Of a DNA stretch of 64,000 nucleotides, positions 1 through 10,090 are shown piece after piece. The position numbers were made by a program, and so were the translations under genes. Position 1 is the stretch's first letter. The number at the start of each line of letters is the position of its first letter. Under the pieces are notes generated by a model. That model saw only the letters and a list, made by a program, of their open reading frames with translations. It had not been told where the DNA came from and searched no databases. The stretch comes from Candidatus Latescibacterota bacterium (lineage in GTDB: Bacteria > Latescibacterota > UBA2968 > SICM01): assembly GCA_965217865.1 (NCBI GenBank), contig CBDCJO010000002.1:2368001-2432000 (forward strand), in the 5' to 3' direction.

Positions 1-617
1 TCGTAGGCCGCCAGCACCGGCTCGTGGAGTTGCGGTGGTCCGGGTTTGCGAATAGTGTTGTAGCCGTGCGACAGGTCTCCCGGCCCCACGAACAACAGGT
101 CGATGCCGTCGACCGCTGCGATCGCCTCGACATCTTCCACGCCTTCGGCATCTTCGATCATCACGCCCAGCAAGGTCTGCTCATTGGCCCTATCCAGAAA
201 TTCGCTCTTCTCTATAGTGCCGAACCCCGAATCGCGGCCACCGCCCATGCCGCGTAGTCCCTGCGGCTGAAACTTCGCCATCCTGACGAACTCGCGCGCT
301 TCGTCGACGCTTCGACAATGCGGCCACACAAGCCCCCCCGCCCCGAGCTCCAGAGGCTTTATAACCTGGTTGTAGGGCCCGTGTGGAATCCGCACGAACA
401 CATCGAGATCGACCGTGCGCGCTGCGAGGATCATCGTCGACAGCCGCTCCAGGTTGAGGTGCGTATGCTCCATGTCGATCCACGTGCAGGTGAATCCGGC
501 CTGGACGATCAGCTCGACGACGACGGGGTCGAATACGCGGTTGATCTCCGGGACGTAAATTGTCTCCCCTTTTGCAAGCGCAGCCTTGGTGTTGTTGATC
601 CTGTATCGTTCTGACAT
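1..617 (-). CDS. HpcH/HpaI aldolase/citrate lyase family protein (runs off left edge)
   Basis: Not in the ORF track; my translation from ATG 617 (GGGGAGG RBS): MSERYRINN...WIDMEH...VRIP...PQGLRG...MIEDAEGVEDVEAIAAVDGIDLLFVGPGDLS. Confidence 0.85.
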   Translation of the reverse strand, partial: MSERYRINNTKAALAKGETIYVPEINRVFDPVVVELIVQAGFTCTWIDMEHTHLNLERLSTMILAARTVDLDVFVRIPHGPYNQVIKPLELGAGGLVWPHCRSVDEAREFVRMAKFQPQGLRGMGGGRDSGFGTIEKSEFLDRANEQTLLGVMIEDAEGVEDVEAIAAVDGIDLLFVGPGDLSHGYNTIRKPGPPQLHEPVLAAY

Positions 618-627
618 GGCCTCCCCT

Positions 628-1797
628 TCAATCGGCGGCTGCCGCGACGCCGTCGAATCTCGGTAGCACTTCCTTGCCGAACCACTCGATGTTCTTCCTG
701 AGCACACTGGGCGGAATCGCCAGTGCTCCCGCGCCCACCGAAACGCGCCTCAATCCCGGCAGCCGCTCCTGGTATTCGCAGATGCGCTCGTACACGTGTT
801 CTGGCGGCCCGCAGATCCAGGCGCCGTCGCGGACGAGGTCGTGCACGGTGGGAAGACCGGCGGTCGGCGCTTTAACCGGATCATACGTCGCCAGTATTTG
901 CTCCCGCTTGAGAAATGGCATCCTGCCAAGAGGCGACAGCACCTTGAGCTGCTCCTCGAACCAGCATGTCGCCTCCTGGATCGCCTGCTCCTGGGTGTCG
1001 GCCATGATGATCTGCAGCACGAGTTCCAGGTCTTCCCCGAGCTCGGTCTCGCGGCCTCGGGCCGCCTGCGCCTCTTGCCACTTGCGAGCGACCTCATCGA
1101 CCCGCTTCCCGCCCGGAACGACTCCCTTGATGCCGTGCTTCATCATGAAGTCGATGCCCCGGGGGCTTACGCTGACGATCGGCTGCCAGCACTCCACCGG
1201 TAGCGTGCGCGGACGCGGCACCAAGGTCAGGTCCTTCAGCTCCTGTTCGCGATAGATGACCTTTGGCGGCAGGTCGTAGTACTTGCCGTGATGGGAAAAG
1301 CTCTGCTCGTTCCAGGCCTTGAAGATGATGTCGACCTGCTCTTCGAACAGGTCGCGGTTGGCCTCGTCGTCATCGAGGGGTGAGCCGAGCGTCTCCACTT
1401 CGCGGTTTATGTAACCGCGCCCGATGCCGAAGCGCACCCGGCCCTCCGTCAGGACATCTGCGATGGCGAAGTCCTCGGCCAGTCTCAGCGGGTGCCACGC
1501 CGGCACCGTGTGGAACATGGCCCCGAACTTGAGCCGCTCCGTCTTGCCGGCGAGCCAGACGCTCAGCAGCGGTATGTTGCCCATGCCGCCGTACCCTTCC
1601 CGCTGAAAGTGGTGCTCCGCCAGCCAGAGCGTGTCGTAGTTCAGCGCCTCCATGAGCTGCGCCATAGAGAGGGCTTCGTCGAACACCGTGGCCAGATGCT
1701 CGTCCGTCTCGATGCGGTCGTCGACGCGCATACCATTGAAGCCCATGTCCGTCATCTCGACGTGGCCTCCGAAGAAATAGTCAAAACTCTCGATCAT
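628..1797 (-). CDS. LLM class flavin-dependent oxidoreductase (luciferase-like)
   Basis: WLAEHHF, HPLRLAEDFA, GRVRFGIGRGY motifs. Confidence 0.9.
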   Translation of the reverse strand: MIESFDYFFGGHVEMTDMGFNGMRVDDRIETDEHLATVFDEALSMAQLMEALNYDTLWLAEHHFQREGYGGMGNIPLLSVWLAGKTERLKFGAMFHTVPAWHPLRLAEDFAIADVLTEGRVRFGIGRGYINREVETLGSPLDDDEANRDLFEEQVDIIFKAWNEQSFSHHGKYYDLPPKVIYREQELKDLTLVPRPRTLPVECWQPIVSVSPRGIDFMMKHGIKGVVPGGKRVDEVARKWQEAQAARGRETELGEDLELVLQIIMADTQEQAIQEATCWFEEQLKVLSPLGRMPFLKREQILATYDPVKAPTAGLPTVHDLVRDGAWICGPPEHVYERICEYQERLPGLRRVSVGAGALAIPPSVLRKNIEWFGKEVLPRFDGVAAAAD

Positions 1798-1918
1798 CCT
1801 ATCTTATCTCCTTTTTTGGATTTCGCGCGTTTTCGACTGTCATCCAGATTGTCCTGGCGATTGCATTCTCACGACGGGCGCCAATCCAACCTTGATCCGT
1901 CGTTGAGGGCTTCTGGAC

Positions 1919-3350
1919 TCACGCCACCCAGAATGAATAGAGCGCTGCATCCACGAGTCTGAACTCGATCTTCAGACCCTTCCCTCCCGGCAAGTGCTCT
2001 TGCCCACGCCACCGAATGACCTGATCTATGTCATCATCCCCCGCGGCGACGCATTCATCGTGGGAATACCCCGTTACCTCCGCTTCGCTCTCGTCCAGAA
2101 CGGCGCCCGTGACGCACCCTTCGGACGCGTCCGCGTTGACGTGAAGAAGCCCACCCGCTGCACGGAAAGCATGCGTCCTGAAGGTGCCATCCTCTTGATA
2201 GGGCTCCACGTAGGCGAACCCGTCGCGCCTGAGCGTTGCCAGACCCAGATGCCCGGTCGGGCCCTCGACCTTCGGTCCCCCACCGCCGTGGGACCAGCCG
2301 TTTCCCGTGTAGTAGAAAAGGATGCGGTCCTCCAGCACCACCTGGCAGGGCGGGCCTCCTGCTCTGCCCGCGTCCCAGGATCCCCTCTGGCCCACTCGCA
2401 GAAACATCCCTTCTCCTGCCGGCCTCCAATGGATCGTGTCATCGCTGAAAACGAGCTTCGTCTCCAGATACCCGTAGTTCGGCGCATCCCGATGGTAGAC
2501 CTCTAGAAGTCCAAGGAACGCCCCCTCGTAGGGGAAAACCGTCAGCCCGTAGTACTGATCACCAGAGAGCGACCATCTCCCGGGCCTGATGACCAGCTCC
2601 GGCTCGCACCACCGGATGAAGTCAGGACTCTCGATTCGGCCGACACAGCGAACGGCATCCGCCCCCAGCTTCTGGCCATGACGGTACAGCAGCTCGCATC
2701 CCCCGTCTGTACGAAGCCGCACAAAGCAAATGTATCCTTCCCTTTCCGGGTCGCGGATAATGCTGTGCTTACAATCGCTGACTACCCCAGGGTACAACCG
2801 GGTTCTCTTCGTAATGACGCCAGTGAATGCCGTCATCCGAGAAGGCGGCGCAGCAGTCGCTCATGCTTTTCGAGCCGGTGTCCGGGTTCCACCTCTGCGT
2901 GCAGTAGAACATCTTGTAGCGCCGGGATCCATCCGTATCTCGGTCATCGTAGAGTATGCCAGGACCCGAAACCGCCTTTCCGCTCCCCTCGGGCGCATAG
3001 ACCAGGTTGTTGGCACGCGACCCCCTGTATTCGTACAACCCGATCTCCGGTTTTTCCCACCGGATGCCGTCCGTCGAGGTCGCATAGGCCAGCGGACTGA
3101 TGCACCCATCCAGAGGCTCCCGGAGTCCGACGTTGTACCAGGCCTGGAACTCGTGTGCCTCCGAATTCCACACGACTGATGTGTGGACACCGGTGGACGT
3201 CTCTTCCAACATCGTGTCCGGCCTGATCAGCGGATTCCCGGCGTGTTTCTCGGGAACTCCCCATATCCGGCGAAGGCCCCTCAGCACTCCGATCCGGTCC
3301 AGGTCGCCGTGGAAGCACACCCTGTGTCGCGCTGGATCTATGTTCGGCAT
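1919..3350 (-). CDS. Beta-propeller glycoside hydrolase (GH32/GH130-like clan), split by a frameshift near 2790
   Basis: ORFs 2769-3395 and 1919-2836 join (NPVVP|GVVSD); repeated S-x-D-G-I-x-W blades; C-terminal LATLRRDGF and LYSFW tail. Confidence 0.65.
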
Positions 3351-3425
3351 CTGCTGCCTTCGTCCGTGGATACGCAGATCGGATTCACGGCACATTCGTG
3401 AAGCGATGGAGGGTCACAGGAACCT

Positions 3426-4520
3426 TTAGCCTTCGACCTGCACGCGCACCCAGCGAGTGTCCGTCACGTCCCCTGCTGTGCACCAGAAATAGGTCAGGAT
3501 ATCCCCGTTCAAAAGAAACACGCCTCCCGGCTTCCCGAAGCCGATCAGCATGTGCTCGGCCAGGAAATTCTCTGTTTTCGGCTTTCCGAGCGTGGCCTCC
3601 TTGCCCGCGTCGAACACGACCACTTCGTGATCCACATCGAAATGGCTCAAGTCTTCCGTGACCGCAAGGTGGATACCCTGGGGTTCATGTCGGAAGTTGT
3701 AAATGGCCGCCACGCGACCGTCCCCAAGGGAGATTGGCGTGCAGACCTGTCCACGCAGATTCGTCGGCCGGGGCTCCGACCACGTGCGCCCCCGGTCATC
3801 GGATATGACCCAGTGGTTGTTCATGTCCTCTTTGGTGCCGTAAAGATGTGACCAGATCAGCGTGTAGATCCTTCCGTCAGGAAGGAGGCAACACATCAGA
3901 TCCCACCAGCAGACCGCACCCGACAGATCGTCCGCAACAACCGTGAAATCTCCCCAGGTCTTGCCTCGGTCTGACGAGAATAAAGCCGCGGCCTTCTGGT
4001 CCGGCGGACCTTCATAACCCTCCGGCTTCCACGTTTCCAGGGGGTACATCCAGCGGTCCGGAGCCAGCTGCAGAAGCGTTCCGGCGCCGTTCCATGTATA
4101 CTTTTCAGGGGGCAGGTCCACGGGAACCACCTGGGGGGCCGACCAGGTCCGGCCTTGATCCTCGGACCAAAACAGGAGCATCTCTGGCCGCTGCAGAGCC
4201 TCCGACTCAACGTCGAACAGCTCGATATCCCCGGCCTCATAGCGCGTGGCCGTCATGACCAGGAGCCCGTCCGGCACGACACTGACTTTGGGCCCACGGT
4301 AGCACCAGCCGTCGTCCGGCGGTCCGCCCCCGTGGATGCTCCCCTCGTTGATCCATGTCTTCCCCCCGTCTGTGGACCGGAGTACCTCGATGTGGTTGTC
4401 CGGCGATCCGAGAGAAGCTCCAACGTGCTGGCAAGCGATGAATGTCCCGTTCGGCAGGGGGGTGATAACGGGCATGTAAGCGCCTCTTCCCTGCTCCCTT
4501 GAAATAATGCCCTTATCCAC
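3426..4520 (-). CDS. Sialidase-family (BNR/Asp-box) protein
   Basis: Asp boxes STDGGKTW, SEDQGRTW, SSDRGKTW, SDDRGRTW. Confidence 0.85.
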   Translation of the reverse strand: MDKGIISREQGRGAYMPVITPLPNGTFIACQHVGASLGSPDNHIEVLRSTDGGKTWINEGSIHGGGPPDDGWCYRGPKVSVVPDGLLVMTATRYEAGDIELFDVESEALQRPEMLLFWSEDQGRTWSAPQVVPVDLPPEKYTWNGAGTLLQLAPDRWMYPLETWKPEGYEGPPDQKAAALFSSDRGKTWGDFTVVADDLSGAVCWWDLMCCLLPDGRIYTLIWSHLYGTKEDMNNHWVISDDRGRTWSEPRPTNLRGQVCTPISLGDGRVAAIYNFRHEPQGIHLAVTEDLSHFDVDHEVVVFDAGKEATLGKPKTENFLAEHMLIGFGKPGGVFLLNGDILTYFWCTAGDVTDTRWVRVQVEG

Positions 4521-4598
4521 GAGCTTCAGGAACCGGTCGCTCCCTTCAGAATGGATGCCTCAATTTTTTTACCCCTTGTTCCTCGAGCCTGGCGGAGA

Positions 4599-4657
4599 CC
4601 CACTCCCCATCCTCCTGCTCACCTGTCACCCAATCTTCAATTCTCAATCTTCAATTC
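4599..4657. repeat. Intergenic segment with 7-bp TTCAATC/TTCAATT repeats, homologous to 6331-6393
   Basis: CCACTCCCCATCCTCC...TTCAATTCTCAATCTTCAATT at both positions. Confidence 0.8.
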
Positions 4658-6281
4658 CGTAACTCATGTCCTCCGGATGCATAAGATACGCCAGCACGGG
4701 GGGGGTTCCTGCGTGCGAGCAGCACATGTTCCCGAACCGCCAGAAGCCCCAGAGGCGAGCCCGGTGCATCGGTTCGATGGCCACCTTCTCCGTAACAGCG
4801 TCCAGAAGCCTGTCCAGTTCCTCGAACCTGGGATCGGCCCCCCCGAATACGTCACGGGTCGCTCCCGTGGACCACATGTAAGCCGGATCCGCGGGCGCGA
4901 TTACAGGTTCCTGAACGCAGATCCCCAGGGACTCGGCCTCCTCATCCGAGATCGCATCCCTGCTGAATCGCATCCAGAACTCGTGTGTCTTGCCAGCCCC
5001 GATCCCATCGTTCGTTCCTGTGTCATTGTATGAGGCCGTCCTCCCGGGTGCATATTTATCGATCATCGACTCGATCCAGCGAACATCCTCCTCCGTCCGG
5101 CCGCCAAAGCTCTTCAGGTTCAGGGGGGCAGTCGGATACCGATCAAGAATCTCCTTCACCGTCTCCTCATCACGGGACTCGAGCCGTGCCACAGGATCTC
5201 CCCAGAACCCGTCGAAGCGGGCGGCGTTTTCCTTCCAAGGCGTATGAAACACCATCGGCTCACCATACGATGCGGGCCAGAACTGAACGTCGATGCCATC
5301 GGGCGTCAGCTCATAACCCTTCGGATACTGCTGCCAGAAATCGCGAACCGCCGCATATGCCGAAGCCTTACTCCCGCAAAGACTCGCCCATCCCCGCGTC
5401 TTCTCTCCCCGCCCAAACGGCTCATTGTCACGCGTCACCTCATACCTGATATCCGACGACTGCAAATATTCCCCCTGCTCCCACCGCACCGCCCAGTGCG
5501 CCTTCTCCTCACCCCCGAACGCCATCCGCAGATCATCTCCCAGATCCAGAGGGAAATACATCCCAACCTCCGAAAACTCGAGCACGTCAGGATTCTGATC
5601 GAACACAAACGTATGGAACATCCGCAAATCCCTGCTCCCCGCATACGCATGGATGCGAACCGTATACGGACAAAGACAGATACCATCCGGTGTCGCATGA
5701 TACCCCTTGATGCATACGGATGCCCGAACAGGACCCCAATCCTCCACCACCACTCTCGGATCAGGTGCAGCCGTCACGGAATCATACACCTCTCCGGATC
5801 TATTCCTCATATACAGATACGGACCGGGATTTCCACGGAGCACATCTTGCCAGCCATCCTCGGTCCGCAATTCGCAGCGCGCAAGAAAATCCGGAGAGCC
5901 CTTTCTGACATTCAGTCGCAAGGCTCCTGTGTCGATCGTGACACCCTCCCCCGAATCCTCGACACGCACTTCCTGCACGGGTTCCGGTGATTCTATACCC
6001 TCCCCGTACTCCAGATAGACTTCCCTTGTCTCATCGACCCCCAGATCCGCCTGGAAATCCACCAGCAGCCATTTTACGTACTTCAGATCCCGGTTCCATG
6101 TGGCCAGACACGTGGTTTGCGTGGGGAGGGCCTTTCCATCGGGGCTAACTGCGCGGACCGGCGTCCCGCGTTCGAGATCTCCGTCCGCGAACGGCACCCC
6201 CTGCGTGATCGGCCAGGCCTTTCGATCAACTCCGCCATGGTTCTCGATCGTTAACTTGATCCGTTTGATCTCCTTCGTCAT
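4644..6281 (-). pseudogene. PcRGLX/YetA-like (exo-rhamnogalacturonan lyase-like) protein, C-terminally truncated paralog of 6395-9067
   Basis: WPITQGVPFADG N-terminus; near-identical to the neighbour up to HPEDMSY, then ends GIED* in the downstream repeat; lacks about 330 aa. Confidence 0.7.
4660..5096. repeat. Direct repeat with about 7407-7843 (offset 2747 bp)
   Basis: About 200 bp identical, then about 235 bp with scattered substitutions. Confidence 0.9.
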
Positions 6282-6330
6282 AAAGCTTCCTCCTGATCCT
6301 CCCAAACCTCACCCTGGGCATACCAGCGAT

Positions 6331-6393
6331 CCACTCCCCATCCTCCCTGCCTACTTCACCAAACTTCAATTTTCAATTCTCAATCTTCAATTT
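6331..6393. repeat. 7-bp tandem repeat tract (TTCAATT-TTCAATT-CTCAATC-TTCAATT)
   Basis: Read directly; lies immediately after the stop codon of 6395-9067. Confidence 0.8.
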
Positions 6394-6394
6394 C

Positions 6395-9067
6395 CTACTC
6401 GTAACCTTGAATCACCAACCTTTGTACCGGCTCTTTCCGGACCGGCGCTCTTAATGGATTTTTTTCGTCGAGATCCCTCCCGATTATCTCAGAGAGGCGT
6501 TTCTCGGCCTCGGCATACCCCCCGGAGTCCTTGTCCATCGCCCGGGCAACGGCCGATTTCAGAACCGCCACATGCCCATTCCGAATCCCGCTATAGTTGA
6601 TCATCACCTCAACCACCTGACGTGCGTTGTATTCCTTGTAGTCTTCGATGCAGTGGTTGCAGAACGCGGCGTAAATCGGATCCCCCGTCATCTCATACGC
6701 CATCGCGCACGCGGTCGCCCCAGGATGGCCGGTGCTGTCGAGGGCAATGGCATTGTCAGCGTCCGCCATAACCGTATCGCGAAGCAGGGGGCTTTCAAAA
6801 AGCCGGAGCCCCTCGTAAAAGGTGGGATAGAGCGTGCCCTGGTAGTTATGCGGTTGATGCTCGCCTTCCAGCACAGCCTCATCCCCCAGGTCGCCCCTCG
6901 TGTAGACACTCACAGGAAAGGACCCCGGTTTGTCCTGTGTTCGCAGATACCAGTTCAGGCTTCTTCTGGCAAGATCCCCGTACTTTCTCCCCCACGTATT
7001 CAGGTAGGCCTCGATCACACAGAGCAACGGACCGGTGAACTCTCGGTTCAGGGCTCCAGTCGGGTTGGAGTAGATCCCCGCATCCTCCTGGATCCGAACC
7101 GCTCGATCCGCAGGCTCGAGCGCGATCTCCCGCATGCGCCCCTCGCCGGTGAAATAGTAGTGCATAAAAAGGGCGGTGTTCACCGTATGGGACGGACTGT
7201 AACCCCCGCTCCATTGATGGGCATTGTGGTAGTGCACAAGGCCTACCGCCTCCGGTCGCCCGGGATTGGCGTGACAGATTCCCACCTCCCCCATCGCCCG
7301 GCTGTGTCCGCACGCAGCCAGGAAGAACCGCCTGTCTCCCGTTCTTAAGAACTGCGTCCACAGGCCCCAACACGGGTCATCCGCCTCATTATTGTACGGG
7401 CCCACATAACTCATGTCCTCCGGATGCATAAGATACGCCAGCACGGGGGGGGTTCCTGCGTGCGAGCAGCACATGTTCCCGAACCGCCAGAAGCCCCAGA
7501 GGCGAGCCCGGTGCATCGGTTCGATGGCCACCTTCTCCGTAACAGCGTCCAGAAGCCTGTCCAGTTCCTCGAACCTGGGATCGGCCCCCCCGAATACGTC
7601 ACGGGTCGCCATCGTCGACCACATGTAAGCCGGATCCGCGGGCGCGATCACCGGTTCCTGAACGCAGATCCCCAGGGACTCGGCCTCCTCATCCGAGATC
7701 GCATCCCCGCTGAATCGCATCCAGAACTCGTGCGTCTTGCCAGCCCCGATCCCATCGTTCGTTCCTGTGTCATTGTATGAGGCCGTTCTTCCTGGTGCAT
7801 ATTTATCGATCATCGACTCGATCCAGCGAACGTCCTCCTCCGTCTCGCCTGAAAAGCTCTTGAGATTCAGGGGGGCCGTCGGATATCGCTCCAGGATCTC
7901 CTTAACGGTCGCCTCATCCCGGTCTTTTGCCCGTGCAGAGGGATCTCCCATCTGGCCGCTGAAATAGGCAGGTTGCTCCTTCCACGGCGTATCGAAGGTC
8001 ACGGGTTCCCTGTACTCCGCCGGCCATAATTTTACATCGATCCCATCCCGCGTCAGCCCATATCCCTTCGGATACTGCTGCCAGAAGTCCCGAATCGAAA
8101 CGAACGCAGAGGCCACATCCCCGCAAAGACTCGCCCACCCCCGAGTTTTCTCCCCTTCCCCGAAGGGTTCCTCGTCACGCGTTACCTGGTAGGAAATATC
8201 CGAGTCCTGAAGAAACCTCCCCTCCTCCCATCGCTCCGCCCAGTGCGCATTCTCCTGTCCCCCGAATCCCATCCTCAGATCATCCCCAAGATCCAGCGGA
8301 AAGAACAGTCCGACCTCAGAAAACGCCATGGCATTCGGGTCCTGGTCGAACACAAACGTGTGAAATATTCGCAAGTCGTTCCGACCTGCATAGGCGTGGA
8401 TCCGAACCGTATACGGACACAGATGAAGACCATTGTTTGAGGCATGATATCCCTTCACACAGACGCAGACCCGCATCGGTCCGGCCTCTTCCACAACCAC
8501 CCTCGGCGTCGGGCCTGCTCGAAACGAGTCATAAACCTCTCCGTGTGTGTCAACCAGATACAGATAGGGACCCGGGCCGCCCCGAAACACATCGTGCCAG
8601 TCATCCCCCTTCCTAATCCAACACCCCGAAAGGAAATCCCTGGCGCGCTGGAACAAAGCCACCTGCGGCTGTCCCCCCCTTGGCGGGAGCCGGAAGTCCA
8701 GTCGAAGCCCACCTGTGTCGACTCGGAGACGCCCCTCGCTCCGCTCCGCCGAAACCCCCTGTCCCGGGTCAACCGCCTCGACCCCGGGCCCATATTCCAG
8801 GAAATATTCCCCCGTTTTATCCGCCTCCAGATCCGCCTGGAAGTCCACCAGAAGCCACTTTACGTACTTCAAATCCCGGTTCCAGGTGGCCAGACACGTG
8901 GCTTGCGTGGGGAGGGCCTTTCCGTCGGGGCCCACCGCTCGGACCGGGGACCCGCGTTCGAGGTCTCCGTCCGCGAACGGCACCCCCTGCGTGATCGGCC
9001 AGGCCTTTCGTTCGACCCCACCCGGGTTCTCGATCGTTAACTTAATCCGGTTGGTCTTCTTCGACAT
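6395..9067 (-). CDS. PcRGLX/YetA-like (PL26-related) protein
   Basis: PITQGVPF..., KWLLVDFQ, RDFWQQYPK, G(A)GKTHE, alpha/alpha-barrel-type HYYFTG; no signal peptide. Confidence 0.7.
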   Translation of the reverse strand: MSKKTNRIKLTIENPGGVERKAWPITQGVPFADGDLERGSPVRAVGPDGKALPTQATCLATWNRDLKYVKWLLVDFQADLEADKTGEYFLEYGPGVEAVDPGQGVSAERSEGRLRVDTGGLRLDFRLPPRGGQPQVALFQRARDFLSGCWIRKGDDWHDVFRGGPGPYLYLVDTHGEVYDSFRAGPTPRVVVEEAGPMRVCVCVKGYHASNNGLHLCPYTVRIHAYAGRNDLRIFHTFVFDQDPNAMAFSEVGLFFPLDLGDDLRMGFGGQENAHWAERWEEGRFLQDSDISYQVTRDEEPFGEGEKTRGWASLCGDVASAFVSIRDFWQQYPKGYGLTRDGIDVKLWPAEYREPVTFDTPWKEQPAYFSGQMGDPSARAKDRDEATVKEILERYPTAPLNLKSFSGETEEDVRWIESMIDKYAPGRTASYNDTGTNDGIGAGKTHEFWMRFSGDAISDEEAESLGICVQEPVIAPADPAYMWSTMATRDVFGGADPRFEELDRLLDAVTEKVAIEPMHRARLWGFWRFGNMCCSHAGTPPVLAYLMHPEDMSYVGPYNNEADDPCWGLWTQFLRTGDRRFFLAACGHSRAMGEVGICHANPGRPEAVGLVHYHNAHQWSGGYSPSHTVNTALFMHYYFTGEGRMREIALEPADRAVRIQEDAGIYSNPTGALNREFTGPLLCVIEAYLNTWGRKYGDLARRSLNWYLRTQDKPGSFPVSVYTRGDLGDEAVLEGEHQPHNYQGTLYPTFYEGLRLFESPLLRDTVMADADNAIALDSTGHPGATACAMAYEMTGDPIYAAFCNHCIEDYKEYNARQVVEVMINYSGIRNGHVAVLKSAVARAMDKDSGGYAEAEKRLSEIIGRDLDEKNPLRAPVRKEPVQRLVIQGYE

Positions 9068-9161
9068 AATGCTTCCTCCAAATTCTCCCTTTGGGACGTG
9101 GAAAATATTAACTGTTCTTCAAAGATAATCTCTGATTAATTCTAAGCGCCAGCGAAGCATG

Positions 9162-9188
9162 TCCTGAGCCCTTCAACTTCGTTCAGGA
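9162..9188. repeat. Short REP-like palindrome
   Basis: TCCTGAGC-CCTTCAACTTC-GTTCAGGA hairpin in an intergenic region. Confidence 0.45.
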
Positions 9189-9267
9189 TAAACTCCGTGG
9201 CCGTTCTTTGGCCACGGAGTCGAAGGGAATCTCTTTTTTTGAATTCATCTCGTACCGAACTCCCTCT

Positions 9268-10062
9268 TCACACCTCCTCCCACAATTTCCGCACCGCTTT
9301 TGCGCAATGCCTGGCCACTTCCTCCCGTCGCTCGACGGGCCAGTCGCTTTCGATCACCGTCACCAGACCGTCATACCCCAATCGTTTGAACGCCTTGAAC
9401 ACAGCCGCCCAGTCCTGCGCGCCCGGCTCATCGGGCAGGACACCGGACACCCACAGCTTCCCGTTCTTCTCCATCGTGGCCTCTTCACCCGGCTTTGCTT
9501 CACGTGTGGAATGAATCAAGATGTTTCGAGTCACACCAAAGAATTCGGGGATACAGCCCAGGTAGTCCTCGCCCGTGACACTCAGGTGGAGTGCATCGTA
9601 AAGCAGGGTGTAGTTCGGGTGGTCAACTGCCTTAAAGTGCTGCCGTGTTCCATCAACCGTCTCCAGGGAGCCCCCCACGTGGTTGTTGCTGGCCAGCGTC
9701 ACCTGGTATGCTTTGGCCTCATCAGCAGCCTTCCTCAGCCAGGAGGGCTCGCCTCCGATCTTCAGAAGTCCGCACGCCACATCCCTGCACAAATCGAGAT
9801 ACCGATGATAGAAGTCATCCCGTTCCTGGCCGGAACCCGGCATCCCCCTGGCGGTCAGGCAGGTGACCGGAAGCCCGTGGTCCTTCGCGATCCCGAGCAA
9901 TTCCCTTCGCTCCCCAACCGGTGTATCGGGATTGACCTGAGTGCGACGCAACTCAATCCCGCCGTACTCGGCGGATTTGGCGATTCCACAAAACTGGGGA
10001 AAGGTGACGGACTGTGAGGTGTAGTTGATCTCAAACAGAAAACCGCTCAGGGACAAAAGCAT
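9268..10062 (-). CDS. Sugar phosphate isomerase/epimerase (xylose isomerase-like TIM barrel)
   Basis: YGGIEL, LLYDALH, GYDGLVTVIE pattern. Confidence 0.7.
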   Translation of the reverse strand: MLLSLSGFLFEINYTSQSVTFPQFCGIAKSAEYGGIELRRTQVNPDTPVGERRELLGIAKDHGLPVTCLTARGMPGSGQERDDFYHRYLDLCRDVACGLLKIGGEPSWLRKAADEAKAYQVTLASNNHVGGSLETVDGTRQHFKAVDHPNYTLLYDALHLSVTGEDYLGCIPEFFGVTRNILIHSTREAKPGEEATMEKNGKLWVSGVLPDEPGAQDWAAVFKAFKRLGYDGLVTVIESDWPVERREEVARHCAKAVRKLWEEV

Positions 10063-10090
10063 AATTCATCCTCCTGGCCGCGCTACCCTA

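Noticed and set aside
4660-7843. DGR template/variable repeat pair
   Set aside because: No reverse transcriptase in the window, substitutions are not adenine-specific, and the similarity extends over whole genes.
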